DNA of 64,000 nt from Eledone cirrhosa (lineage: Eukaryota), in assembly GCA_964016885.1 (NCBI GenBank), contig OZ024744.1:28148001-28212000 (forward strand). Reading direction: 5' to 3'. Below the pieces are notes generated by a model, which saw only the letters and a program-made list of their open reading frames with translations, was not told where the DNA came from and ran no database searches. This document shows, piece by piece, positions 13,951 through 30,300 of this stretch. The position numbers and the translations under genes were made by a program. How positions within the stretch are numbered: the stretch's first letter is position 1; every line of letters starts with the position of its first letter.

Positions 13951-16900
13951 GTGAGAATAACAGTTATAACAGCGACAACAACAACAGTCAAAAGAACAGT
14001 TATGACAGCGACAACAACAACAACAACAATGACAATAACAGTGATAACAGCAACAACAACAACAACAACAGTGACAATAACATTTATAACAGTGACAACA
14101 TCAACAGTGACAATAACAGTGATAACAGCGACAACAACAACAACAGTGACGATAACAGTGAAAACAGCGACAACAACAACAATGACAATAACAGTGATAA
14201 CAGGGACAACAATGACAGTAACAGTGATAACAGCGAGAACAACAACAACAGTGACATTAACAGTTATAACAGCGACAACAACAACAACAGTGATAACAGC
14301 GAGAACAACAGTGACAATAACAGTGATAACAGCGACAACAACAACAACAATGACAATAACAGCGATAACAGCGTCAACAACAGCAACAGTGACAATAACA
14401 GTGACAACAGCGATAACAACAACAACAACAACAACAACAGTGACCATAACAGTTATAACAGCGACAACAACAACAACAGCGACAACAACAACAAAAACAA
14501 TGACAATAACAGTGATAACAGCGACAACAACAACAACAGTGACAATAACAGCGATAACAGCGACAACCGCAACAACAACAGTGACAATAACAGTGATAAC
14601 AGCGACAACAGCAGTGAAAATAACAGTGATAACAGCCAGAACAACAACAACGATCACGACGACAGTGATACCAGCGACAACAACAACAACAACAACAGTG
14701 ACAATAACAGTGATAACAGCGACAACAACAACAACAACAACAACAGTGACAATTACAGTGATAACAGCGAGAACAACAACAACAACAGTGACAATAACAG
14801 TGATAACAGCGAGAGCAACAACAACAACAACAGCAGTGAAAATAACAGTTATAACAGCGACAATAACAACAACAATGACACTAACAGTGATAACAGCGAC
14901 AACAACAACAACAACATAAATGACAATAACAGTGATAAAAGCGACAACAACAACAACAGTGACAATAACAGTGATAACAGCGACAACAACAACAACATTG
15001 ACAATAACAGTGATAACAGCGACAACAACAACAACAGTGACAATAACAGTGATAACAGCGACAATAACAACAACAATGACAATAACAGTGATAACAGCGA
15101 CAAGCGCAACAACAACAGTGACAATAACAGTGATAACAGCGACAACAGCAGTGACAATAACAGTGATAACAGCGACAAAAACAACAACAACAGTGACAAT
15201 AAGCATGGTAACAACGACAACAACAACAACAACAGTGACAATAACAATTATAACAGCAGCATCAACAACAACAGTGACAATAACAGTTATAACAGCGACA
15301 ATAACAACAACAGTGACAATAACAGTGATAACAGCGAGAACAACAACAACCACAGTGGCATAACAGTTATAACAGTGACAACAACAACAATGACAAGAAC
15401 AGTGAGAACAGCGACAACAACAACAACAATGACAATAACAGTTATAACAGCGACAACAACACCAATAACAACAACAGTTATAACAGCGACAACAACAACG
15501 GTGACAATAACAGTGATAACAGAGACAACAACAACAACAATGCCAATAACAGATATAACAGCGACAACAACAACAACAATGCCAATAACAGTTATAACAG
15601 CGACAACAACAACAGAACAATAAAAGTGATAACAGCAACAACAACAACAACAAAACAACAACAGTGACAATAACAGTGACAACAACAACAACAGTGAGAA
15701 TAACAGTTATAACAGCGACAACAACAACAGTCAAAATAACAGTTATGACAGCGACAACAACACCAACAACAGTGACAATAACATTTATAACAGTGACAAC
15801 AACAACAGTGACAATAACAGTGATAACAGCGACAGCAACAACAACAGTGACGATAACAGTGAAAACAGCGACAACAACAACAATGACAATAACAGTGATA
15901 ACAGCGACAACAACAACAACAGTGACAATAACAGTGATAACAGCGACAACAACAACAGTGACAATAACAGTTATAACAGGGACAACAACAACAACAGTGA
16001 CAATAACAGTTATAACAGCGACAAAAACAACAGTGACAATAACAGTTATAACAGCGACAACAACAACAACAGTGACAATAACAGTGATAACAGCGACAAC
16101 AAAAACAACAGTGACAATAACATTTATAACAGTGACAACAACAACAACAGTGACAATAACAGTGATAACAGCGACAACAACAACAACAGTGACAATAACA
16201 GTGATAACAGCGACAATAACAACAACAATGGCAATAACAGTGATAACAGCGAGAACAACAACAACAACAGTGACATTAACAGTTATAACAGCGACAACAA
16301 CAACAACAGTGACCATAACAGTGATAACAGCGAGAACAACAACAACAACACAAACGATGACAATAACAGTGATAACAGCGACAACAACAACAACAGTGAC
16401 AATAACAGCGATAACAGCGACAACAACAACAACAATGACAATAACAGTGATAACAGCGACAACCGCAACAACAACAGTGACAATAACAGTGATAACAACG
16501 ACAACAGCAGTGAAAATAACAGTGATAACAGCCAGAACAACAACAACGATCACGATGACAGTGATAACAGCGACAACAACAACAACAGTGACAATTACAG
16601 TGATAACAGCGAGAACAACAACAACAACAGTGACAATAACAGTGATAACAGCGAGAACAACAAAAACAACAACAACAGTGACAATAACAGTTATGACAGC
16701 GACAATAACAACAACAATGACAATAACAGTGATAACAGCGACAACAACAACAACAACATCAATGACAATAACAGTGATAAAAGCGACAACAACAACAACA
16801 GTGACAATAACAGTGATAACAGCGACAACAACAGCATTGACAATAACAGTGATAACAGCGACAACAACAACAACATTGTCAATAATAGTGATAACAGCGA

Positions 16901-18669
16901 CAATAACAACAACAATGACAATACCAGTGATAACAGCGACACTAACAACAACAACAATGACAATAACAGTGATAACAGCGAGAACAACAACAACAACAGT
17001 GACATTAACAGTTAGAACATCGACAACAACAACAACAACAGTGACCATAACAGTGATAACAGCGAGAACAACAACAACAACAATGACAATAAAAGTGATA
17101 ACAGCGACAACAACAACAACAACAATGACAGTTGTAACAGCGACAACAACAACAGTGACAATAACAGTTATAACAGCGACAACAACAGTGACAATAACAG
17201 TTATAACAGCGACAACAACAACAGTGACAATAACAGTGATAACAGCGACAACAACAACAACAACAACAACAATGACAATAACACCGATAACAGCGACAAC
17301 AACAACAACAACAAAAGTCACAATAACACTGATAACAGCGATAACAACAACAACAACAGCGACAACAACAACAAAAACAATTACAATAACAGTGATAACA
17401 GTGACAACAACAACAACAACAGTGACAATAACAGCGATAACAGCGACAGCAACAACAACAATGACAACAACAGTGATAACAGCGACAACCGCAACAACAA
17501 CAGTGACAATAACAGTGATAACAGCGACAACAGCAGTGACAATAACAGTGATAACAGCCAGAACAACAACAACGATCACGATGACAGTGATAACAGCGAC
17601 AACAACAACAACAACAACAATAGTGACAATAACAGTGATAACAGCGACAACAACAACAACAGTGACAATAACAGTGATAACAGCGACAACAACAACAACA
17701 GTGACGATAACAGTGAAAACAGCGACAACAACAACAATGACAATAACAGTGATAACAGGGACAACAATGACAGTAACAGTTATAACAGCGACAAAAATGA
17801 CAATAACAGTGATAACAGCGACAACAACAACAGTGACAATAACAGTGATAACAGCGACAACAACAACAGTGACAATAACAGTTATAACAGGGACAACAAC
17901 AACAACAGTGACAATAACAGTTATAACAGCGACAACAACAACAGTGACAATAACAGTTATAACAGCGCCAACAACAACAACAGTGACAATAACAGTGATA
18001 ACAGCGACAACAAAAACAACAGTGACAATAACATTTATAACAGTGACAACAACAACAACAGTGACAATAACAGTGATAACATCGACAACAACAACAACAG
18101 TGACAATAACAGTGATAACAGCGACAATAACAGCAACAATGGCAATAACAGTGATAACAGCGAGAACAACAACAACAACAGTGACATTAACAGTTATAAC
18201 AGCGACAACAATAACAACAGTGACCATAACAGTGATAACAGCGAGAACAACAACAACAACAATGACAATAACAGTGATAACAGCGACAACAACAACAACA
18301 ACAACAACAATGACAGTTGTAACAGCGACATCAACAACAGTGACAATAACAGTTATAACAGCGACAACAACAGTGACAATAACAGTGATAACAGCGACAA
18401 CAACAACAACAATGACAATAACAGCGATAACAGCGACAACAACAACAACAGTGACAATAAAGAGTGATAACAGCGATAACAACAACAACAACAACAACAG
18501 TGACCATAACAGTTATCACAGCGACAACAACAACAACAGCGACAACAACAACAAAAACAATGACAATAAAAGTGATAACAGCGACAACAACAACAACAAC
18601 AGTGACAATAACAGCGATAACAGCGACAACAACAACAACAATGACAATAACAGGGATAACAGCGACAAC

Positions 18670-20510
18670 CGCAACAACAGTGACCATAACAGTGAGAACA
18701 GCGAGAACAACAACAACAACAATGACATTAACAGTGATAACAGGGACAACAATGACAGTAACAGTTATAACAGCGACAACAATGACAATAACAGTGATAA
18801 CAGCGACAACAACAACAACAGTGACAATAACAGTTATAACAAGGACAACAACAACAACAGTGACAATAACAGTTATAACAGCGACAACAACAACAGTGAC
18901 AATAACAGTTATAACAGCAACAACAACAACAGTGTCAATAACAGTGATAACAGCGACAACAACAACAACAACAGTGACAATTACAGTGATAACAGCGAGA
19001 ACAACAACAACAACAGTGAAAATAACAGCGATAACAGCGAGAACAACAACAACAACAGTGACAATAACAGTTATAACAGCGACAATAACAACAACAATGA
19101 CAATAACAGTGGTAACAGCGACAACAACAACAACAACATCAATGACAATAACAGTGATAAAAGCGACATCAACAACAACAGTGACAATAACAGTGATAAC
19201 AGCGACAACACCAACAACATTGACATTAACAGTTATAACAGCGACAACAACAACAACAACAGTGACAATAAAAGCGATAACAGCGACAACAACAACAACA
19301 ATGACAATAACAGGGATAACAGCGACAACCGCAACAACAACAGTGACAATAACAGTGATAACAGCGACAACAGCAGTGAAAATAACAGTGATAACAGCCA
19401 GAACAACAACAACGATCACGATGACAGTGATAACAGCGACAACAACAACAACAGTGACAATAACAGTGATAACAGCGACAACAACAACAACAGTGACAAT
19501 TACAGTGATAACAGCGAGAACAACAACAACAACAGTGACAACAACAGTGATAACAGCGAGAACAACAACAACAGTGACAATAACAGTTATAACAGCGACA
19601 ATAACAATAACAATGACAATAACAGTGATAACAGCGACAACAACAACAACAACATCAATGACAATAACAGTGATAAAAGCGACAACAACAACAGTGACAA
19701 TAACAGTGATAACAGCGACAACAACATTGACAATAACAGTGATAACAGCGACAACAACAACAACATTGACAATAACAGTGATAACAGCGACAATAACAAC
19801 AACAATGACAATATCAGTGATAACAGCGACAGGAACAACAACAACAATGACAATAACAGTGATAACAGCGAGAACAACAACATCAACAGCGACATTAACA
19901 GTTATAACAGCGACAACAGCAACAACAGTGACCATAACAGTGAGAACAGCGAGAACAACAACAACAACAATGACATTAATAGTTATAACAGGGACAACAA
20001 TGACAGTAACAGTTATAACAGCGACAACAATGACAATAACAGTGATAACAGCGACAACAACAACAACAGTGACAATAACAGTTATAACAGGGAAAACAAC
20101 AACAACAGTGACAATAACAGTTATAACAGCGACAACAACAACAGTGACAATAACAGTTATAACAGCAACAACAACAACAACAGTGTCAATAACAGTGATA
20201 ACAGCGACAACAACAACAACAGTGACAATTACAGTGATAACAGCGAGAACAACAACAACAACAGTGAAAATAACAGCGATAACAGCGAGAACAACAACAA
20301 CAACAGTGACAATAACAGTTATAACAGCGACAATAACAACAACAATGACAATAACAGTGATAACAGCGACAACAACAACAACAACATCAATGACAATAAC
20401 AGTCATAAAAGCGACATCAACAACAACAGTGACAATAACAGTGATAACAGCGACAACACCAACAACATTGACATTAACAGTTATAACAGCGACAACAACA
20501 ACAACAACAG
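18670..20510 (+). repeat. Local duplication of about 0.6 kb (about 18670-19265 and 19920-20510, offset about 1.25 kb)
   Basis: Both carry cataacagtgagaacagcgag, aatgacatta, agtgtcaata, agtgaaaataacagcgat, aaaagcgacatc and gacaacaccaacaacattgacatt in the same order. Confidence 0.8.
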
Positions 20511-23500
20511 TGACCATAACAGTGATAACAGCGAGAACAACAACAACAACAATGACAATAACAGTGATAACAGCGACAACAACAACAACAACAATGACAA
20601 TAACAGTGATAACAGCGACAACCGCAACAACAACAGTGACATTACAGTTATAACAGCGACAACAACAGTGACAATAACAGTGATAACAGCGACAACAACA
20701 ACAATGACAATAACAGTGATAACAGGGACAACAATGACAATAACAGTGATAACAGCGACAACAACAGTGACAATAATAGTTATAACAGGGACAACAACAA
20801 CAACAGTGACAATAACAGTTATAACAGCGACAACAACAACAACAGTGACAATAACAGTGATAACAGCGACAACGAAAACAACAGTGACAATAACATTTAT
20901 AACAGTGACAACAACAACAACAGTGACAATAACAGTGATAACAGCGACAACAACAACAACAGTGACAATACCAGTGATAACAGCGACCATAACAACAACA
21001 ATGGCAATAACAGTGATAACAGCGAGAACAACAACAACAACAACAGTGACATTAACAGTTATAACAGCGACAACAACAACAACAGTGACCATAACAGTGA
21101 TAACAGCGAGAACAACAACAACAATGGCAATAACAGTGATAACAGCGACAACAACAACAACAACAACAACAACAACAGTGACAATAACAATTATAACAGC
21201 GGCAACAACAACAACAGTGAAAATAACAGTTATAACAGCGACAACAACAACAACAGTGACAATAACAGTGATAACAGCGAGAACAACAACAACCACAGTG
21301 ACAATAACAGTTATAACAGTGACAACAACAACAATGACAATAAGAGTGATAACGGCGACAACAACAAGAACAATGACAATAACAGATATAACAGCGACAA
21401 CAACACCAATAACAATAACAGTTATAAAAGCGACAACAACAACAACAGTGACAATAACAGTGATAACAGAGACAACAACAACAACAATGCCAATAACAGT
21501 TATAACAGCGACAACAACAACAGAACAATAAAAGTGATAACAGCGACAACAACAACAAAACAACAACAGTGACAATAACAGTGACAACAACAACAACAGT
21601 GACAACAACAGATATAACAGCGACAACAACAAAAACAATAATGACAATAACAGTTATAACAGCGACAACAACAACAAGGACAATACTAGTTATAACAGCG
21701 AGAACAACAACAACAGTAACTAATAACAGTTATATCACCGACAGCAACAACAACAACAGTGACAATAACAGTTATAACAGCGACAACAACAGTGACAATA
21801 ACAGTTATAACAGCGACAACAGCAGTGACAATAACAGTGATAACAGCCAGAACAACAACAACAACAGTGAGAATAACAGTGATAACAGCGACAACAACAA
21901 CAACAGTGACGATAACAGTGAAAACAGCGACAACAACAACAACAATGACAATAACAGTTATAACAGCGACAACAAAAACAACAACAATGACAATAACAGT
22001 GATAACAACGACAACAACAACAACAACAACAGTGACAATAACAGTGATAACAGCGACAACAACAACAACAGTGACAATAACAGTTATAACAGGGACAACA
22101 ACAACAACAGTGACAATAACAGTTATAACAGCGACAACAACAACAGTGACAATAACAGTTATAACAGCGACAACAACAACAGTGACAATAACAGTGATAA
22201 CAGCGACAACAAAAACAACAGTGAGAATAACATTTATAACAGTGACAACAACAACAGTGACAATAACAGTGATAACAGCAACAATAACAACAACAATGAC
22301 AATAACAGTGATAACAGCGAGAACAACAACAACAGTGACATTAACAGTTATAACAGCGACAACAACAACAACAGTGACCATAACAGTGATAACAGCGAGA
22401 ACAACAACATCAACAATGACAATAACAGTGATAACAGCGACAACAACAGTGACAATAACAGTGATAACAGCGTCAACAACAACAACAGTGACAATAACAG
22501 TGATAACAGCGATAACAACAACAACAACAACAACAACAGTGACCATAACAGTTATAACAGCGACAACAACAACAACAGCGACAACAACAACAAAAACAAT
22601 GACAATAACAGTGATAACAGCGACAACAACAACAACAACAGTGACAATAACAGCGATAACAGCGACAACCGCAACAACAACAGTGACAATAACAGTGATA
22701 ACAGCGACAACAGCAGTGAAAATAACAGTGATAACAGCCAGAACAACAACAACGATCACGACGACAGTGATACCAGCGACAACAACAACAACAACAGTGA
22801 CAATAACAGTGATAACAGCGACAACAACAACAACAACAACAACAGTGACAATTACAGTGATAACAGCGAGAACAACAACAACTACAGTGACAATAACAGT
22901 GATAACAGCGAGAGCAACAACAACAACAACAGCAGTGACAATAACAGTTATAACAGCGACAATAACAACAACAATGACAATAACAGTGATAACAGCGACA
23001 ACAACAACAACAACATCAATGACAATAACAGTGATAAAAGCGACAACAACAACAACAGTGACAATAACAGTGATAACAGCGACAACAACAACAACATTGA
23101 CAATAACAGTGATAACAGCGACAACAACAACAGTGACAATAACAGTGATAACAGCGACAATAACAACAACAATGAAAATAACAGTGATAACAGCGACAAT
23201 AACAACAACAATGACAATACCAGTGATAACAGCGACACGAACAACAACAACAACAACAACAATGACAATAACAGTGATAACAGCGACAAGCGCAACAACA
23301 ACAGTGACAATAACAGTGATAACAGCGACAACAGCAGTGACAATAACAGTGATAACAGCCAGAACAACAACAACAACGATCACGATGACAGTGATAACAG
23401 CGACAACAACAACAACAACAACAGTGACAATAACAGTGATAACAGCGACAAAAACAACAACAACAGTGACAATAAGCATGATAACAACAACAACAACAAC

Positions 23501-26500
23501 AACGACAACAGTGACAATAACAATTATAACAGCAGCAGCAACAACAACAACAGTGACAATAACAGTTATAACAGCGACAACAACAACAGTGACAATAACA
23601 GTGATAACAGCGAGAACAACAACAACCACAGTGACATAACAGTTATAACAGTGACAACAACAACAATGACAATAACAGTGATAACAGCGACAACAACAAC
23701 AACAATGACAATAACAGTTATAACAGCGACAACAACACCAATAACAACAACATTTATAACAGCGACAACAACAACAACAGTGACAATAACAGTGATAACA
23801 GAGACAACAACAACAACAATGCCAATAACAGTTATAACAGCGACAACAACAACAACAATGCCAATAAAAGTTATAACAGCGACAACAACAACAGAACAAT
23901 AAAAGTGATAACAGCGACAACAACAACAACAAAACAACAACAGTGACAATAACAGTGAAAACAACAACAACAGTCAAAAGAACAGTTATGACAGCGACAA
24001 CAACAACAACAACAGTGACAATAACAGTGATAACAGCGACAGCAACAACAACAGTGACGATAACAGTGAAAACAGCGACAACAACAACAACAATGACAAT
24101 AACAGTGATAACAGGGACAACAATTACAGTAACAGTTATAACAGCGACAACAATGACAATAACAGTGATAACAGCGACAACAACAACAACAGTGACAATA
24201 ACAGTGATAACAGCGACAACAACAACAGTGACAATAACAGTTATAACAGGGACAACAACAACAACAGTGACAATAACAGTTATAACAGCGACAACAACAA
24301 CAGTGACAATAACAGTTATAACAGCGACAACAACAACAACAGTGACAATAACAGTGATAACAGCGACAACAAAAACAACAGTGACAATAACATTTATAAC
24401 AGTGACAACAACAACAACAGTGACAATAACAGTGATAACAGCGACAACAACAACAACAGTGACAATAACAGTGATAACAGCGACAATAACAACAACAATG
24501 GCAATAACAGTGATAACAGCGAGAACAACAACAACAACAGTGACATTAACAGTTATAACAGCGACAACAACAACAACAACAGTGACCATAACAGTGATAA
24601 CAGCGAGAACAACAACAACAACAATGACAATAACAGTGATAACAGCGACAACAACAACAACAACAACAACAATGACAGTTGTAACAGCGACAACAACAAC
24701 AGTGAGAATAACAGTGATAACAGCGACAACAACAACAAATATGACAATAACAGCGATAACAGCGACAACAACAACAACAGTGACAATAACAGTGATAACA
24801 GCGATAACAACAACAACAACAACAGTGACCATAACAGTTATAACAGCGACAACAACAACAACAGCGACAACAACAACAACAGCGACAACAACAACAAAAA
24901 CAATGACAATAACAGTGATAACAGCGACAACAACAACAACAGTGACAATAACAGCGATAACAGCGACAACAACAACAACAATGACAATAACAGTGATAAC
25001 CGCGACAACCGCAACAACAACAGTGACAATAACAGTGATAACAGCGACATCAACAACAACAACAGTGACAATAACAGTTATGACAGCGACAATAACAACA
25101 ACAATGACAATAACAGTGATAACAGCGACAACAACAACAACAACATCAATGACAATAACAGTGATAAAAGCGAAAAACAACAACAACAGTGACAATAACA
25201 GTGATAACAGCGACAACAACAACAACATTGACAATAACAGTGATAACAGCGACAACAACAACAACATTGTCAATAATAGTGATAACAGCGACAAGAACAA
25301 CAACAATGACAATACCAGTGATAACAGCGACACGAACAACAACAACAATGAAAATAACAGTGATAACAGCGAGAGCAACAACAACAACAGTGACATTAAC
25401 AGTTAGAACATCTACAACAACAACAACAACAGTGACCATAACAGTGATAACAGCGAGAACAACAACAACAACATTGACAATAAAAGTGATAACAGCGACA
25501 ACAACAACAACAACAATGGCAGTTGTAACAGCGACAACAACAACAACAGTGACAATAACAGTTATAACAGCGACAACAACAGTGACAATAACAGTTATAA
25601 CAGCGACAACAACAACAGTGACAATAACAGTGATAACAGCGACAACAACAACAACAACAATGACAATAACACCGATAACAGCGACAACAACAACAACAAC
25701 AACAGTCACAATAACACTGATAACAGCGATAACAACAACAACAACAATAAACAGCGACAACAACAACAAAAACAATTACAATAACAGTGATAACAGTGAC
25801 AACAACAACAACAACAGTGACAATAACAGCGATAACAGCGACAGCAACAACAACAATGACAACAACAGTGATAACAGCGACAACCGCAACAACAACAGTG
25901 ACAATAACAGTGATAACAGCGACAACAGCAGTGACAATAGCAGTGATAACAGCCAGAACAACAACAACGATCACGATGACAGTGATAACAGCGACAACAA
26001 CAACAACAACAACAGTGACAATAACAGTGATAACAGCGACAACAACAACAACAATGACAATAACAGTGATAACAGCGACAACCGCAACAACAACAGTGAC
26101 ATTACAGTTATAACAGCGACAACAACAGTGACAATAACAGTGATAACAGCGACAACAACAACAACAGTGACGATAACAGTGAAAACAGCGACAACAACAA
26201 CAATGACAATAACAGTGATAACAGGGACAACAATGACAGTAACAGTTATAACAGCGACAACAATGACAATAACAGTGATAACAGCGATAACAACAACAAC
26301 AACAGTGACAATAACAGTGATAACAGCGACAACAACAACAGTGACAATAACAGTGATAACAGCGACAACAAAAACAACAGTGACAATAACATTTATAACA
26401 GTGACAACAACAACAACAGTGACAATAACAGTGATAACATCGACAACAACAACAACAGTGACAATAACAGTGATAACAGCGACAATAACAACAACAATGG

Positions 26501-27326
26501 CAATAACAGTGATAACAGCGAGAACAACAACAACAACAGTGACATTAACAGTTATAACAGCGACAACAACAACAACAGTGACCATAACAGTGATAACAGC
26601 GAGAACAACAACAACAACAATGACAATAACAGTTATAACAGCGACAACAACAACAACAACAATGACAGTTGTAACAGCGACAACAACAACAGTGACAATA
26701 ACAGTTATAACAGCGACAACAACAGTGACAATAACAGTTATAACAGCGACAACAACAACAGTGACAATAACAGTGATAACAGCGACAACAACAACAACAA
26801 CAATGACAATAACAGCGATAACAGCGACAACAACAACAACAACATTCACAATAACAGTGATAACAGTGATAACAACAACAACAACAACAGTGACCATAAC
26901 AGTGAAAACAGCGACAACAACAACAACAATGACAATAACAGTGATAACAGCGACAACAATAATAACAACTGTGATAATAACATTTATAACAGTGACAACA
27001 ACAACAGTGACAATAACAGTGATAACAGCGACAACAACAACAGTGACGATAACAGTGAAAACAGCGACGACAACAACAACATTGACAATAACAGTGATAA
27101 CGGACAACAATGACAGTAACAGTTATAACAGCGACAACAATGACAATAACAGTGATAGCAGCGACAACAACAACAACAGTGACAATAACAGTGATAACAG
27201 CGACAACAACAACAACAACAGTGACAATAACAGTTATAACAGGGACAACAGCAACAACAGTGACAATAAAAGTGATAACAGCGACAACAAAAACAACAGT
27301 GACAATAACATTTATAACAGTGACAA
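19170..27326 (+). repeat. 8,157-bp tandem duplication, copy 1
   Basis: Identical ORF translations recur at offset +8157 (19587/27744, 20481/28638, 21569/29726, 23943/32100, 25189/33346, 25787/33944). Identity begins just after the gacatc/gacaac mismatch (19169 vs 27326). Confidence 0.93.
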
Positions 27327-30300
27327 CAACAACAACAGTGACAATAACAGTGATAACAGCGACAACACCAACAACATTGACATTAACAGTTATAACAGCG
27401 ACAACAACAACAACAACAGTGACAATAAAAGCGATAACAGCGACAACAACAACAACAATGACAATAACAGGGATAACAGCGACAACCGCAACAACAACAG
27501 TGACAATAACAGTGATAACAGCGACAACAGCAGTGAAAATAACAGTGATAACAGCCAGAACAACAACAACGATCACGATGACAGTGATAACAGCGACAAC
27601 AACAACAACAGTGACAATAACAGTGATAACAGCGACAACAACAACAACAGTGACAATTACAGTGATAACAGCGAGAACAACAACAACAACAGTGACAACA
27701 ACAGTGATAACAGCGAGAACAACAACAACAGTGACAATAACAGTTATAACAGCGACAATAACAATAACAATGACAATAACAGTGATAACAGCGACAACAA
27801 CAACAACAACATCAATGACAATAACAGTGATAAAAGCGACAACAACAACAGTGACAATAACAGTGATAACAGCGACAACAACATTGACAATAACAGTGAT
27901 AACAGCGACAACAACAACAACATTGACAATAACAGTGATAACAGCGACAATAACAACAACAATGACAATATCAGTGATAACAGCGACAGGAACAACAACA
28001 ACAATGACAATAACAGTGATAACAGCGAGAACAACAACATCAACAGCGACATTAACAGTTATAACAGCGACAACAGCAACAACAGTGACCATAACAGTGA
28101 GAACAGCGAGAACAACAACAACAACAATGACATTAATAGTTATAACAGGGACAACAATGACAGTAACAGTTATAACAGCGACAACAATGACAATAACAGT
28201 GATAACAGCGACAACAACAACAACAGTGACAATAACAGTTATAACAGGGAAAACAACAACAACAGTGACAATAACAGTTATAACAGCGACAACAACAACA
28301 GTGACAATAACAGTTATAACAGCAACAACAACAACAACAGTGTCAATAACAGTGATAACAGCGACAACAACAACAACAGTGACAATTACAGTGATAACAG
28401 CGAGAACAACAACAACAACAGTGAAAATAACAGCGATAACAGCGAGAACAACAACAACAACAGTGACAATAACAGTTATAACAGCGACAATAACAACAAC
28501 AATGACAATAACAGTGATAACAGCGACAACAACAACAACAACATCAATGACAATAACAGTCATAAAAGCGACATCAACAACAACAGTGACAATAACAGTG
28601 ATAACAGCGACAACACCAACAACATTGACATTAACAGTTATAACAGCGACAACAACAACAACAACAGTGACCATAACAGTGATAACAGCGAGAACAACAA
28701 CAACAACAATGACAATAACAGTGATAACAGCGACAACAACAACAACAACAATGACAATAACAGTGATAACAGCGACAACCGCAACAACAACAGTGACATT
28801 ACAGTTATAACAGCGACAACAACAGTGACAATAACAGTGATAACAGCGACAACAACAACAATGACAATAACAGTGATAACAGGGACAACAATGACAATAA
28901 CAGTGATAACAGCGACAACAACAGTGACAATAATAGTTATAACAGGGACAACAACAACAACAGTGACAATAACAGTTATAACAGCGACAACAACAACAAC
29001 AGTGACAATAACAGTGATAACAGCGACAACGAAAACAACAGTGACAATAACATTTATAACAGTGACAACAACAACAACAGTGACAATAACAGTGATAACA
29101 GCGACAACAACAACAACAGTGACAATACCAGTGATAACAGCGACCATAACAACAACAATGGCAATAACAGTGATAACAGCGAGAACAACAACAACAACAA
29201 CAGTGACATTAACAGTTATAACAGCGACAACAACAACAACAGTGACCATAACAGTGATAACAGCGAGAACAACAACAACAATGGCAATAACAGTGATAAC
29301 AGCGACAACAACAACAACAACAACAACAACAACAGTGACAATAACAATTATAACAGCGGCAACAACAACAACAGTGAAAATAACAGTTATAACAGCGACA
29401 ACAACAACAACAGTGACAATAACAGTGATAACAGCGAGAACAACAACAACCACAGTGACAATAACAGTTATAACAGTGACAACAACAACAATGACAATAA
29501 GAGTGATAACGGCGACAACAACAAGAACAATGACAATAACAGATATAACAGCGACAACAACACCAATAACAATAACAGTTATAAAAGCGACAACAACAAC
29601 AACAGTGACAATAACAGTGATAACAGAGACAACAACAACAACAATGCCAATAACAGTTATAACAGCGACAACAACAACAGAACAATAAAAGTGATAACAG
29701 CGACAACAACAACAAAACAACAACAGTGACAATAACAGTGACAACAACAACAACAGTGACAACAACAGATATAACAGCGACAACAACAAAAACAATAATG
29801 ACAATAACAGTTATAACAGCGACAACAACAACAAGGACAATACTAGTTATAACAGCGAGAACAACAACAACAGTAACTAATAACAGTTATATCACCGACA
29901 GCAACAACAACAACAGTGACAATAACAGTTATAACAGCGACAACAACAGTGACAATAACAGTTATAACAGCGACAACAGCAGTGACAATAACAGTGATAA
30001 CAGCCAGAACAACAACAACAACAGTGAGAATAACAGTGATAACAGCGACAACAACAACAACAGTGACGATAACAGTGAAAACAGCGACAACAACAACAAC
30101 AATGACAATAACAGTTATAACAGCGACAACAAAAACAACAACAATGACAATAACAGTGATAACAACGACAACAACAACAACAACAACAGTGACAATAACA
30201 GTGATAACAGCGACAACAACAACAACAGTGACAATAACAGTTATAACAGGGACAACAACAACAACAGTGACAATAACAGTTATAACAGCGACAACAACAA

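Noticed and set aside
21525-21535. AATAAA polyadenylation-like and TATAA TATA-like motifs
   Set aside because: These are simple point variants of the repeat core that recur many times without any gene context.
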